Shown: piece after piece, positions 47,262 to 59,600 of the stretch
How the letters are laid out: every line of letters begins with the position of its first letter
Numbering within the stretch: position 1 is the stretch's first letter
Assembly: GCF_009914755.1 (NCBI RefSeq)
Contig: NC_060928.1
Strand: one strand, 5' to 3'
From: the human T2T-CHM13v2.0 reference genome, Homo sapiens
DNA length: 64,000 bases
Translations under genes and position numbers: made by a program
The notes under the pieces: generated by a model
Told to the model about the DNA's origin: nothing
What the model saw: only the letters and a program-made list of their open reading frames with translations
Database searches by the model: none

Positions 47262-48546
47262 ATATGGTTTGTCTGTGTTTCCCAGAGGTCTAGGAGCAAA
47301 AAGTGGTGGTTTCGTGGGCTGGGCCCAGGATCCCTGTGCTGTGTGCAGCCTAGGGATTTGGTGCCTTGCATCCCAGCTGCTCCAGCTGTGGCTGGAAGGG
47401 GTCAACATAGAGCTCAGGCCATGGTGCAAGCTCAGAGGGTGCACGCCCCAAGCCTTGGCATCTTCCACATGGTGTCAAACCTGCAAGTGCACAGAAGTCA
47501 ACAATTGGGGTTTGGGAACCTCTGCCTAGATTTCAGAGGATGCATGCAAATGCCTGGATGACCAGGCAGAAGTTTGCTGCAGAGGTGGGGCCCTCCTGGA
47601 GAACCTCTGCTAGGGCAGTGTAAAAGGGAAACATAAGGTCAGAACCCCCACACAGAGTCCCTACTCCCTAGTGGAGCTGTGAGAAGAGGGCCACTGTCCT
47701 TCAGACCCCAGAATGGTAGATGCACCACAGCTTGCACTGTGCACCTGGAAAAGCCACAGACACTCAAGGGCAGCCCGTGAAAGCAGACAGGGGGTAGGCT
47801 ATACCCAGCAAAGCCATAGGGGAGAGCTGTACAAGGCCATGGGAGCCCACCTTTTGCATCAGTGTGATCTGGATGTGAGACATGGAGTTAAAGGACATCA
47901 TTCTGGAGCTTTAAGATTTGACTACCCGCCAGATTTCAGACTTGCATGGGGTCTGTAGCCGCTTTGTTTTGGCCAAATTCTCCCCTTTGCAATGGCTATG
48001 TTTACCCATGCCTGTACCCCCATTGTATCTAGGAAGTATAACTAACATGCTTTTGATTTTACAGGCTCGTAGGCAGAAGGGACTTGCCTTGTCTCAAATG
48101 AAACTTTGGACTGTAGACTTTTGAGTTAAGGCTGAAATGAGTTAAGACTTTGAGGGACAGATGGGAACACATGATTGATTTTGAAATATGGGGACATGAG
48201 TTTTGGGAGGTGCCAGAGGTGGAACGATATAGTTTGGCCATGTCCCCACCCAAATGTCATCTTGAATTCCCATCTGTATTGAGAGGAACCCAGTGGGAGG
48301 CAATTGAATCACCGGGGCAGGTCTTTACTGTGCTGTTCTCATGAGAGTGAGTAAATCTCACAAGATCTAATGGTTTTAAAAAGGGGAGTTTTTCTGCTCA
48401 AGCTCTCTTCTCTCATCTGCCATGATGCGAGACATGCGTTTCACAAACTTCCACCATGATTGTGAAGCCTCCCCAGCCATGTGGAACTGTAAGTCCAATA
48501 AACCTGTTTCTTTTGTAAATTTATTTTCTTGTGTCTTTATCAGCAT
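47260..48546 (+). mobile_element. THE1A-type MaLR provirus: 5' LTR stub (47260-47284), 3' part of internal region (47285-48224), 3' LTR (48225-48546)
   Basis: tgatatggtttgtctgtgtttccca joined to THE1-int text (gggtttgggaacctctgcctagatttcagagg; gatgtgagacatggagttaaagga). PPT-like gggaggtgccagaggtggaa precedes the second LTR, which reads catcttgaattccca. Confidence 0.9.
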
Positions 48547-48551
48547 CTGAT

Positions 48552-48850
48552 AAAGTTTCCTAATGCTATCTTAACAATGTACCATGGTCTGGTGTGCTTA
48601 AAACAACAGAAATTTACTTTCTCCGTTCAAAAATCAAGGAAGAGGCAGAGTTGATGCAACTGGAGGCTGTGAAGGAGAATGTGTTTTCCTGCCTCTCTCC
48701 TAGGTTCTGATAGTTCCCAGCATGTCTTGGTGTTCCTTGGCCTGTAGGCACATAAACCCAATCTCTGCCTCCATCATCATATCTCATTCTCCCTGTGTAT
48801 CTCCACATCCAAATCTTCCTCTTCTTATAAGAGAAGACACTTCTCATAAT
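48552..48850 (-). mobile_element. MLT1B/C-like LTR
   Basis: gcttaaaacaacagaaatttactttctc...ggaggctgtgaaggagaatgtgttttcctgcctctctcctag...cttcctcttcttataag. Confidence 0.8.
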
Positions 48851-50224
48851 TTGAGCAGCACTATTCAACCCAGTATACTATATTTTAGGAAAATTGGGAA
48901 CCTCAATAATGTGAGATATTAACAAACTAACTTGGAGTTTAATTATTAATATATCAACCTAATATTTGGAACTTCATAGATGTAACTTCTTGAATTTGAG
49001 AAATAACTGGGAAAAATGGCATAAAATATTTTGGCATCTTCACTTTTAACAATGTGAAAAAAACTATCATGCTAATTATAAATATTAGACTATTTTACTA
49101 ACAGAATTTACTACTGAGGTGTAGTGATCAAACAGTAAAGGTGAATTAAGCTTCAAATTTTAACTGAAGGAATTGAATTGAGCAATAACTTACATTTGGA
49201 TATCACAAGTATTATTCTACTTACTTCCCACTCCCTCTCTCTAACACACATATGTTTTTATTTAGTCCATTTTAGCACCTAAGGAAATTGCAGCTCAGAT
49301 ACATTCAGTTAATTACTTGATTCACACAGAAACTAGGAGACAGAGATAAGGCTTAAAGGCATATTTGAGCATGAGTTTTGTTTTACTACATTATTCTTCA
49401 ATAACTTTTGGCTCTTTGCTATTTATTTTAGCTATTACATCTTTCTTCTTTTCCTGGAATATAAAGGTTATTTATTATTGAACATTTCTATATTATTTTC
49501 TATCTTGAAAGTGGTCTAGCATAAAGTCTACTGGAGAAAGACAACATGATAATATCAACAGCATTAAAGCGTAATTGACAAAACAGAAATGGAAATCATA
49601 TAATATCTATAGGCTGGTATAAACATGTAGGTCTCTGGAGGCTTACAACTATAAATTTTATTTTTAAAGAAATTATTTTAAACAGTTGGTTGGTCATATA
49701 ATCATTGAGTATTAAAAAAAAGAACCAGGCTTAGGGCAAAGAAGAACGTTCATCAAAATCAAAAGTGAGATTCATGTCATTACTGCTGTCACCCTTGGGG
49801 CCATGATACTACTTACTGCAGCATCTTCTGTCAGTTCTTCAAGTGTTCTTGCCAAGCGGGGGTGAGTAAGGGAATGGGCCTAGGGTGGGGGCTCTGTAGG
49901 AGGATAAAAATAGAATTAGTGGATCCATCTACCAGTCAGAAAATTTCTGGAGCAGTTTAAAATGACTTATGACAATAATTATTACATTAATATTTATAAT
50001 ATCTGTGGGCAATAGCTTGAAATATCCTTATTATTTTTAGATTGGGGAACCTAAGATTAACAGATTAAATAACTTGCGCACATGGCAAACACATCCTGAA
50101 CTGGGAACAATGTTCCCAGAACAAGATTTAGTATTTCTACTTTCTTAAAGTACAGGAAATCTTTCACCAAAGTCAGAATTCTAGCTCCAGATAGGCCTCT
50201 TAAAGTCTCAGAGGCTCCCATTAC

Positions 50225-50465
50225 AAGGCAGTAAAGTGGTAAGCATGCTAGACTTGGCCTGACCATCTGGATTAAAATCCAGCCTCTAGCTAGGCTACCT
50301 CTTCCCTCCTCCCCAGTGCATGAGTTTCTGCAAGTTGCTTACCTTCACTGAACCTCATAGCTGCCCAACACTTCTGCTTCGCTGTGTTGTTCCGACAATC
50401 GAATGAGAATGTATGTACATGAAAATGCTAAGCCTAACAGTTTGGCACGTAACAGGCACTCCTGG
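50225..50465 (+). mobile_element. MIR
   Basis: ggcagtaaagtggtaagcatg...ctggattaaaatccagcctct...gcaagttgcttaccttcactgaacctc...tgaaaatgctaagcctaacagtttggcacgtaac. Confidence 0.65.
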
Positions 50466-51859
50466 AAACATTCAAGTCAGTTCATTACATCCACACATGC
50501 CTCTGGGAAACAAGATTGCAAGCCACAGTTAGAAGTCTATTCCTACCCTTAATGATGCTCAGATTAAGTCCCCGAAAATCATTCATTTAACAAGTCTGTT
50601 GCTCTCAGCCTGGTGTGCTTGAAGTATATTAAAAAGCACCTATTTGCCTCCTGCTGAAAGTCAGGAGTAAAACATGACTAACCCAGTAAGTCAGCCAGTT
50701 AGAATATGCCAGTAGTGTCTTCCTCAGAGTGGGCTTTGCCCTCACTCCCACAAAGTGGACAGGCCACACTTGTAAGTCTCAAATGGGGCTACAGTCGACA
50801 GCGATGTTAAGCAGAAAGGAAGGTGTAAAATAAATATCAAAGCATTTCTGTCAGAGGGGTAACACCAACCCAGAAATTATAGCTTAAGAAGTTTTATTCA
50901 CTTGATTCAACTACCAATTAACAGTACAACTATTAACCTTTTGTGAAATTTCTTTACATAAGATTAGCATAATTTATACACTTAAACATTTTGTTGTAGA
51001 AATCTATATTTCATTCCAGTAGTCCTAAGACTCAAATGTAGTTTTAAGGTCATAAATATTTCAAAGAATGTATTATATTTTATCTATTACATGTATTTTA
51101 TCTCTAAGTCATATAAACTATGATCTTGATTCAAAATTATAGTAAAATCAAAAGCATCAATCCCTCTCCCACAAATATCATAGTTTATTTTATATAATTG
51201 ATTACATAAAAAGAAAGATGTATGCTTTTTGAATTTTGGAATATTTGAAGGTACTTTTTAAGATGTTTTCCTACTTACAACATCTGCAAATCTTTCATGT
51301 GATATTTCCTTCTTTTTTGTAATGAAAAAAAGTCTATAAAATATAACTACTAAGAATCTGACTATTCTGTGATGTTATTTTAAACAACAAAACACCAAAA
51401 AATGAAAATAAGAAAGAAAGAAAAAAAAAAAACCTTTGTAGTCAACTCCAAAAGGAAACATTTTCAGACAGGGTGGATGGGGAGTATACTATGTAAATTA
51501 CAGGGAGTTAAAAGGCTTCTCTGGAGACTAGAGATACCTTTATTCACAGAGCACTCACCAAGAGCTGCCTCTTGGCTTCCTGTCAAGCTTCACCTGATCA
51601 TCTAGGAAAGTATACCACCTCAGAGTTTATTTGTAATCTAAGTGATAGATATATAAATTCAAAAACAATTTCAGAACTGCGATTTGTTGTCCCAGGTAAG
51701 TATAGTTTGCAATTAACCCCATTGTTTCTGTGAATCAGAGTTTGTACATTAAAAGAAAAAAATATATTTTTTTATTTTATATATAAAATATATGTGTTTA
51801 TCTATAAAAAATATAAATATATATTTTCTTAGCACTAACAATGAAAACTGCTATAATCA

Positions 51860-52142
51860 AAGGTTCTGGTGATCTATTGCACAGCATGGTAACTATAGTT
51901 AATTATACTGTATTGTGTATCTTAACATGTTTTTATTATTAAAATTTAATTTAATTAATGTTAGCTATTTTAAATAGCTTATATTAATTTTAAATATTCT
52001 CAGCACAAAGAAATGATAAGTATTTGCATTGGTAGATACATTAATTAGCCTGATTTGATCATTCCAATATGTATACATATATCTAAACACCACATTATAC
52101 TCCATAAATAGGTACAATTATTATTTGTCAATTAAAAAAAAC
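51860..52142 (+). mobile_element. L1MA 3' terminal fragment
   Basis: gttctggtgatctattgcacagcatggtaactatagttaat...aattagcctgatttgatcattcc...ttgtcaattaaaaaaa. Confidence 0.85.
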
Positions 52143-52731
52143 AAAATTTCAACAAAATACCTCAAGCCATTTCCAACACATTTATATATCAAATAGATTA
52201 AATTTCTCCTAAAATAAGTTTCTTGTCCATCATATTAAATGCAAAAAAAAAATGGAAATATTCAATTGCTTTCACAAAGAATCAATGATTACTACGTTGT
52301 GTTTTATGAAGTAGGACTTTTGTAAATCACAAATTTTCTATTATTATTCTTCAATTATTTACATGAGTGCTGATGACTTAAAATTTCTGAAGGGCATATG
52401 TTGACATAGATAGTGTAGATGTGAACAATATATAACTAAATCCTATGTCACATCTCTTATACACCTATATTATTATTATTATGAAGATATTTTTATTATT
52501 ATATGAAGAAACTGAATGCTAATGTGAAAATAAATAGTTGTTAATAGATGATGACAATATAATAAATTATTTATATATAAATTTATCTAAACCCTTCTAA
52601 ATCAATTTATGTTTTCACATTTTACCACATTTTAGAATAAATAGGCACCACAGATTTACTAGCTATGTAAATATAGTAAGACCGTGTCTTACAGAAATCA
52701 GCTTTCTAGAATGCCTCAAAAACCATGATAA

Positions 52732-53040
52732 GGCTGAGTGCAGTGGCTCATGCCTGTAATCCCAGCACTTTGGGAGGCTGAGGCAGAAGAATCATTTGAG
52801 GTCAGGAGTTTGAGACTAGCCTGACCAACATAGTGAAACTCTGTCTCTACTAAAAATACAAAAAAAAAAAAAAAAATTACCCGGGCGTGGTGCTGCACCC
52901 CTGTAGTCCCAGCTACATGGTAGGCTGAGGCAGGAGAATCACTTGAACCCAGAGGCAGAGGTTGCAGTGAGCTCAGATTGTGCCACTGCACTCCAGCCTG
53001 GGCAACAGAGTGAGACTCCGGCTCAAAAAACAAAAACAAA
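52732..53040 (+). mobile_element. Alu (AluSx/Sz-like)
   Basis: Full dimer; TSD aaaaaccatgat(a/t)a at 52718-52731 and 53038-53051. Confidence 0.95.
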
Positions 53041-53136
53041 AACCATGATTAAAACTGCCACTAACACACCCACACCCCAAAGACATCACAGTGGCTTTGA
53101 CGTAATTAGAACAGCCTCCAATACACAACATAAACC

Positions 53137-53280
53137 AGAAGAGAGAGAGAATGAGAGAGAGAGAAGGAAGAGGAAAAGGAAACAGAGGAGAAAAAGAGGA
53201 AGGGAAAGGAAGAGAAAAGCAGGATGGGAAAGAAGGAGGGAGAGAGTGAGGGAGGGAGGGAAGGCAAGGGAGGAAGGAAG
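53137..53280 (+). repeat. Polypurine (GA-rich) low-complexity tract
   Basis: agaagagagagagaatgagagagagagaaggaagaggaaaagg...ggaggaaggaag. Confidence 0.9.
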
Positions 53281-54080
53281 TCTCATCCAAATTTTAAAGA
53301 GTATACCTTATGTGTTGTGGTTTGCTATCACATAAGAGAGGGAAAGTAAGTTTTTATGTATTTGAAGTCAATTTTTTAACAAGTAGGCTTTTTACACAAA
53401 AGCTTATAAACCACAATAGAAGACACGGGCAAAAAAAAAAGTCAAAAAAGAAAAACGAAGATATTGCTAGTAGTTTGAACAGAATTAAAGGTTGCAACAA
53501 CTATAGTAACCATAGACATTGATGGCAGAAATCTTCCAATGAACAAATGACACAGAAAGTGAAGCAAAGTTTCCTTAGGGGTTCTACTGCCCTGGGAGCT
53601 TGAGGTGATTCATGTCTATGGGTATGCACGGGGGTATGTCCACTGGGGGTAAAGAGAACAGACATCTGCACTTCAGGGACCACCAAACTGAGTCTCTTTG
53701 TAACATCGCAGAAAAAGACTAGGTTGGCTGTTTTTGAATGTGCCGGTTCTACAGGAAACCGGAAAACAAAGCATCTGATAAATGGGAATTTCATCATCCT
53801 AGAACATCAATGTTTACTCTACCACAAGGGTTAAACCAACACAGGGATAGACAAAGTAGCTTTTGTTTGACCAACTGGCTTATCCTTAAAGAAAGATCAT
53901 TTCAGAACCCTAGGCATGCCTCGGGATGGAAAACGGTCCGTTGCTGGGCAGCTGTGGAATTCACCCTGAAGAAGCAGGGTTATTGGTAGGGAACGTATTT
54001 GCTGTCGTCTTGCTCTCTGGTTACTCCAGACACTTTGTTGGTACACTTTGTGAATTAGGTTTTAATTTGGAAATTTAAAT

Positions 54081-54184
54081 ACTACTTCACAAGATGGTTT
54101 TGGGAAAAATCAATCCATTGTCCATGACTTCCACTACTTAACAAGATGGCTTTGGGAAAAATCAATCCATTGTCCATGACTTCC
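54081..54184. repeat. 52-bp tandem duplication (2 copies, 2 mismatches)
   Basis: actactt(c/a)acaagatgg(t/c)tttgggaaaaatcaatccattgtccatgacttcc at 54081-54132 and 54133-54184. Confidence 0.95.
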
Positions 54185-55280
54185 AATAAATAATTTGTCT
54201 TAAAATAATGTTTGGAATATAACTTATGATGACATTCTGTTCACAGAATAATATTTGGAGCCGTTATTCTCACCTGCTGTCACTGCCACACTCTGAGGCC
54301 AGCATGCAAGTGATTAACTAAACCTTCTGACTCCTCCCTCCCTGAGATATCTAGAAATTCCTCTTCCTCTTCTGCCTTCAGTGACACATTGAACTAATCT
54401 GTGAAGAGGTACACACTTCTCACGGTCTTCATAATGACTATTTGCTTCTCAGATAAACTCACTAAACGGTGAACTCTTTTAAGCAAACCGCATTATTCAT
54501 CTTTAATTCCCTTGGTATAGCTTTACGTATTTTAGTATTTTTGTTTTTCTTTCAAATGGGTTCATGTCATATCAACATGCTTTAATTCATTTTATTCCAC
54601 ATTAAATATGAAAATGGATCAGTTTTTAGAATATAAAAAGTAAATTTATTAAAAATGTTGAGACATAAAATCTGTTTAAATTTTAAAAGAGAAATTTATA
54701 TTTTATAGTTTTCTAAATATTAGTGAGTTTTCTAAACTTTTTACAAGTTTATTTGACATCTTAAATTTTGAAATTTGAAAAATTTCTTGTTAAGCACAAA
54801 GCACTTAAAGATATTGAAAAAAGTACTTTTGCTGTTAAAGGCATTTTTGAACTATTTGATCTTTGAAATTTCCTTTCCATTACCCCTTTTGTTAGACATT
54901 AATGCAGAAAAAAAATTTGTTTCCTTAATATAATATTTCCCACATTGATGTCAAACTGATCAGCTAGAGGCAAACCAGTGATTTTTTTTCTAAATACCGG
55001 GTCTTTGCTACAAGAATCTTATAAATTGCTAGCTTAAACTGAAACAATTATTATTACGATAAGATACAAATCTCAGAAAGTCTAACAAGGTAAATTCAAT
55101 CTGTACATTCTACAATTTCAAGGAGAGATGCTATAGTCTATCAAATAGCTCTAACATTCCCTAAAACATTGATCTCTATACATTGATACTACCCTCATCT
55201 TCCACTAGAATTTAACACAGAACCTCTTAAATTTGTAAAGAACAGCTGCTTAGAGGGGCTTATTTTATTTAACATTAAGT

Positions 55281-55546
55281 CTGTAAACCCAGCACTTTGA
55301 GGGGCTGAGGTGGGCAGATCACCTGAGGTCAGGAGTTTCAGACCAGACTGGCCAACATGGTGAAACCCCATGTCTACTAAAAATACAAAACTTAGCCAGG
55401 GGTGGTGATGTGCAACTGTAATCTCAGCTACTTGGGAGGCTGAGGCAGGAGAATCGCTTGAACTTGGGAGGCGGAGGTTGCAGTGAGCCAAGATTGCACC
55501 ACTGCTCCAGCATGGGCGACAGAGCGAGACTCCATCTCAAAAAAAA
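55281..55546 (+). mobile_element. Alu (AluSx-like), first ~22 nt missing
   Basis: Begins ctgtaaacccagcactttg; short A tail. Confidence 0.93.
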
Positions 55547-56231
55547 GATGTTGAAAAGGGCAATGAAATCTAGGCACAGATGAAGAACTAATGTGGACAA
55601 CGCCACAAATGAAGCATTTGAAATGCACCTGGTGTTCATCTTTTTGTACAGACTTTGTATGTAGCAAGTATAAGGCCATTTCCTACTATCACGACATCTC
55701 TGCTTATCCAGATGTTGCAAAAATTCAATTAATTTCAATAGTATCTAGGTCTTCAAAGACCATATACAATCTCTAGGCAATATTTTTGCAATGTATTAGC
55801 CAGATGTGAAACCAGAGCTCTGAACCAGTAATTTTCTGACTCAATATTACAGTATGTATGGTCTGATGTCTCCATCCACATGGAGGAAAACGAATGCAGA
55901 CTTCCCTCAATCAATATATGATGTAAAGATGCAGTAATTTGGATCATCTTATGTTAGGTTTGTTTAATTCTGCCCAGCCATCCTTTATGTTTTGCTCCAA
56001 CGTGTTTTTTCTTCTGAGAAATTAGAAATATATATTGCAAAGTAATCACATTTCTTCCTCAAAATAATTGATTGCATTTCCTTATCTGTTAATAACTTCT
56101 CCCTAAAATGCATGACTTTTATTAAGAAATCCAACTGTCTTGCCTATTACAAAACTCAATTCATATCTCAGCAGAGTTAAAGATGTCATAGAGCATTCAT
56201 AGTGGATGTATTCATTAGAAAAGAGAAAGTA

Positions 56232-56605
<374 letters not shown>

Positions 56606-59600
56606 TCAGGTTATATGATGAATGTAATGTAAGAAAGAAGAGAAGTAAATTATTTTATCCAGGCATCCTCCAGTATATTCTTCTTAGCACTTTCATTTTC
56701 TTATGCATATTGCTTCTTTCTGTCTTTTTCCTATTGATTTGGACATATCCACAAGTTTAAAAAAATGAAATTTTTGTCCTCCATCGTTTTAGACACTACA
56801 ATCAATTCACTTTACTCCAGTCTTGGATTAAATGTTTAAATTCAAATTTAAAAATAAATTCCCAAGTCTAAATCTGGCAATAGTTAAAGATACACTAAAT
56901 TATCACATATATTTCATAAAGATTGTTAAGCAAAAGGAATTTTGAATTTTAAAATATAGGTAGCATCCACCTGATTTACCCAGAGATGGTGGCGATTTTC
57001 TTTCTATTTAGTGGTTTAATGGTGTTAGTGTACAAGCTGTTTTTGCTGCTAGTGGTCATTAAATTTTTTTGGTTTATATATTTTTTACTTCTAAAAAACT
57101 TCAGTTAGATTAAGAATGCTATCTTTCTCATTTGTCTCTGGTTTCTATTTTTTTTAAATAATTCGATAGGAAGAAAAGTTCATGTAATGCAAATTCTTCA
57201 TGAACAGCAAAGATTTTGAATGCAGGACAGTGTAGTGAGTATGGTAAGACCTTGTCAAGGAATATGTGATTTCTGTTTAGCTCTTCCTAAAGATAAAATG
57301 ACCAAAGAAATCCTTCAATGAACATGACATTATTCTGGAGGAAGTAGGAACAACTGAAAGGAAATCTGTGAAGGGCAACTTGAGAAAGTGAACTGAAACT
57401 AGAACTTTCCAAGTTAACTGCACCTTCAAACTTTGCACGTTACAAGGTGCTTCTTCTCAAACTAATATTCTACTTTATATTCAAATTAAATCTAAAGTCA
57501 TTAGCAGCACTTACATTAGAGCCTCTTCCTGTGATGACACTGTTCGCTTGAGAGAAAATTGAGTTAGGAAAAAGAAGTTTGGTTTGATGAAGTGCAGTTG
57601 CAAAATTACGTCAGTGTCTGTGCCAGTTTATGACCTGGAAAATAAAAAAGAAGAAGCAGTTTCATTATCGTATTTTCATTCAAGATTTTTATATTGGAAA
57701 TGATCATTTATAAACGCTAGAGCCAAAAAATTATTACAAATCTTGATTTCAGTTCATGTTCCCTTAAAATAGAAGAGTCTTCCAGTGTGCCTATTTCTGA
57801 CTCAAAATGTGGAAAACCAGAGTGTCATTTCTCAAAGGTAACAACCCCACCACTGCTCTGCCCGAGGACTTTATTAGATTTAATACTGAGAGCTCACAGT
57901 CAGCTACCGCCATGAATCCCTTGAAAGCTAGAAACTTAGATTATCTTTTGTCTACATTTCTATTACAGAGACTGTTGTTAACCTTCCATTCCCAACTTGA
58001 ACCTACTTAATGGCGTTGCCAACCAGCAGCGGCACCCCTGAGAGCCTCCAGCAAAATAAAAGCTAACCTAAGTAACATCTTAGGTATTAATGTAGGTTTC
58101 CAAGAAGAAAGGTAATCTGATCTTTTAACATTCTGTTTCTACTTGCAAAGTGTAGCACATCTGCATTATGACATAGCTTCTGGGAGATCAGCATGTGGAT
58201 CATTTTGCAACTTTCAGAGGTGATTGAAATGTTTCAAATTAGAGTCCTGAAATAAAAGAGCTCATGGCCAGGGGGATTGTCACTTCACAGAGTGGAAAAC
58301 GAGGTTTACTAGTTACTAAATTAACAGAAATAATAGAATTGGTAGGAATAACTTAGCTATGTGTTATTGGATCTTTTTTTTTCTTTTATTTACTTGGAGA
58401 TAATTTAAAAGATGACAAGTATGGTGAAAGTTTAACTCTTCATTACCTAACTTCAATTTTTCTGGATATTTATACACTGCGAACAGGAATACACATTAGA
58501 ATGCTTCAGGTTTATGTAAGCATGATCATAATTACTCACTTATCCTCATGGATTTAAACTAGAAGACACACATTTTAAAATTTTTCCTTTTAGACACGTG
58601 TAAATTATGGAAAGAGTAGTTTTTCTCAATATAACAGAAAATGAGAATTTTATCTATGGATAAAAGTGACACAAGTCATTTGACAGAACAGTTCTTTGTT
58701 GTGTATCCCCAGGGCAGCATGCTTTTATTAAATATATAAATCATTACTTCATTATTGATACAACTGATTAGTTAACAGAAAAGATTAATGTATTTAGGTG
58801 AGAATTTTGTTGCATATAGTTCAATATTCTTATTCTACATTTAGAAATAATACTTGAGGAAGTATTCTACTGAAGATATGTATTTAATTTGAAGGAAAAA
58901 TTATGCAAATAGGCAAAAATAAAAATATTAAATTTACTCTTTATTTCTGATCTTTTTTACAATGACATCCCATGTTACAACTAGCTTTCCAATAAATAAG
59001 AGAACTCTTTTCTTTCGTGTTAGATTATCCGAAACTAAAACGCAGGAAAGATTGCACACCACTCTCAGTGAAACTGACCTGTCATTCATGGTCTTGAAGA
59101 GAGACGCAGAAGAAAACTCAATATGAACTTCCAGACTTAGCAATCAGAAGACAAAATTCATAGCATGATGATGATGATTGATGCTTTACAAAATATAGAA
59201 ATGCTAATCCTTCTTTATAATCATGCTCATACCATAAATGACTAAAGTAAGCATTTTGCCCTAAGAGGAAAATATAATGATTTTTATAGAAAGCTAATAT
59301 TACACATAGACACATTCCTGTGGCTATATGATGACTGAAAAATGATTTATCTCACCATGACATATATAATAAATCTTAAAACCATGGAGAGAAAAAAAAA
59401 TCAAAGTTTAAAGCTATAAGGAACTAAAATCAGTTAGTCAGACTTTCATACTTTATGCAAAAAGAGGCTAATGACGTGGGAGGTCAAGTGACTTGCAAAG
59501 GTAATAAAAAGCCATAGCTAACTGTCGGTCTTCTAATTCACATTCTGATTTTATTCTGCTATGTGATTTTAAATATAAATTTACTATATTGGATATTATC

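Noticed and set aside
48468-48480. PRDM9 hotspot motif in the THE1A LTR
   Set aside because: Reads CCTCCCCAGCCAT, not the hotspot form CCTCCCTNNCCAC. The THE1 at 18080-18092 (CCTCCCCACCCAT on the minus strand) also fails.
49790-49870. Exon ending at GG/GTGAGT (about 49861)
   Set aside because: Good donor, but no clear upstream polypyrimidine acceptor or promoter. Isolated donors are common.
55255-55560. Inverted target-site duplication around the truncated Alu
   Set aside because: The tttaacatt versus gatgttgaaa similarity is short, imperfect and AT-rich.
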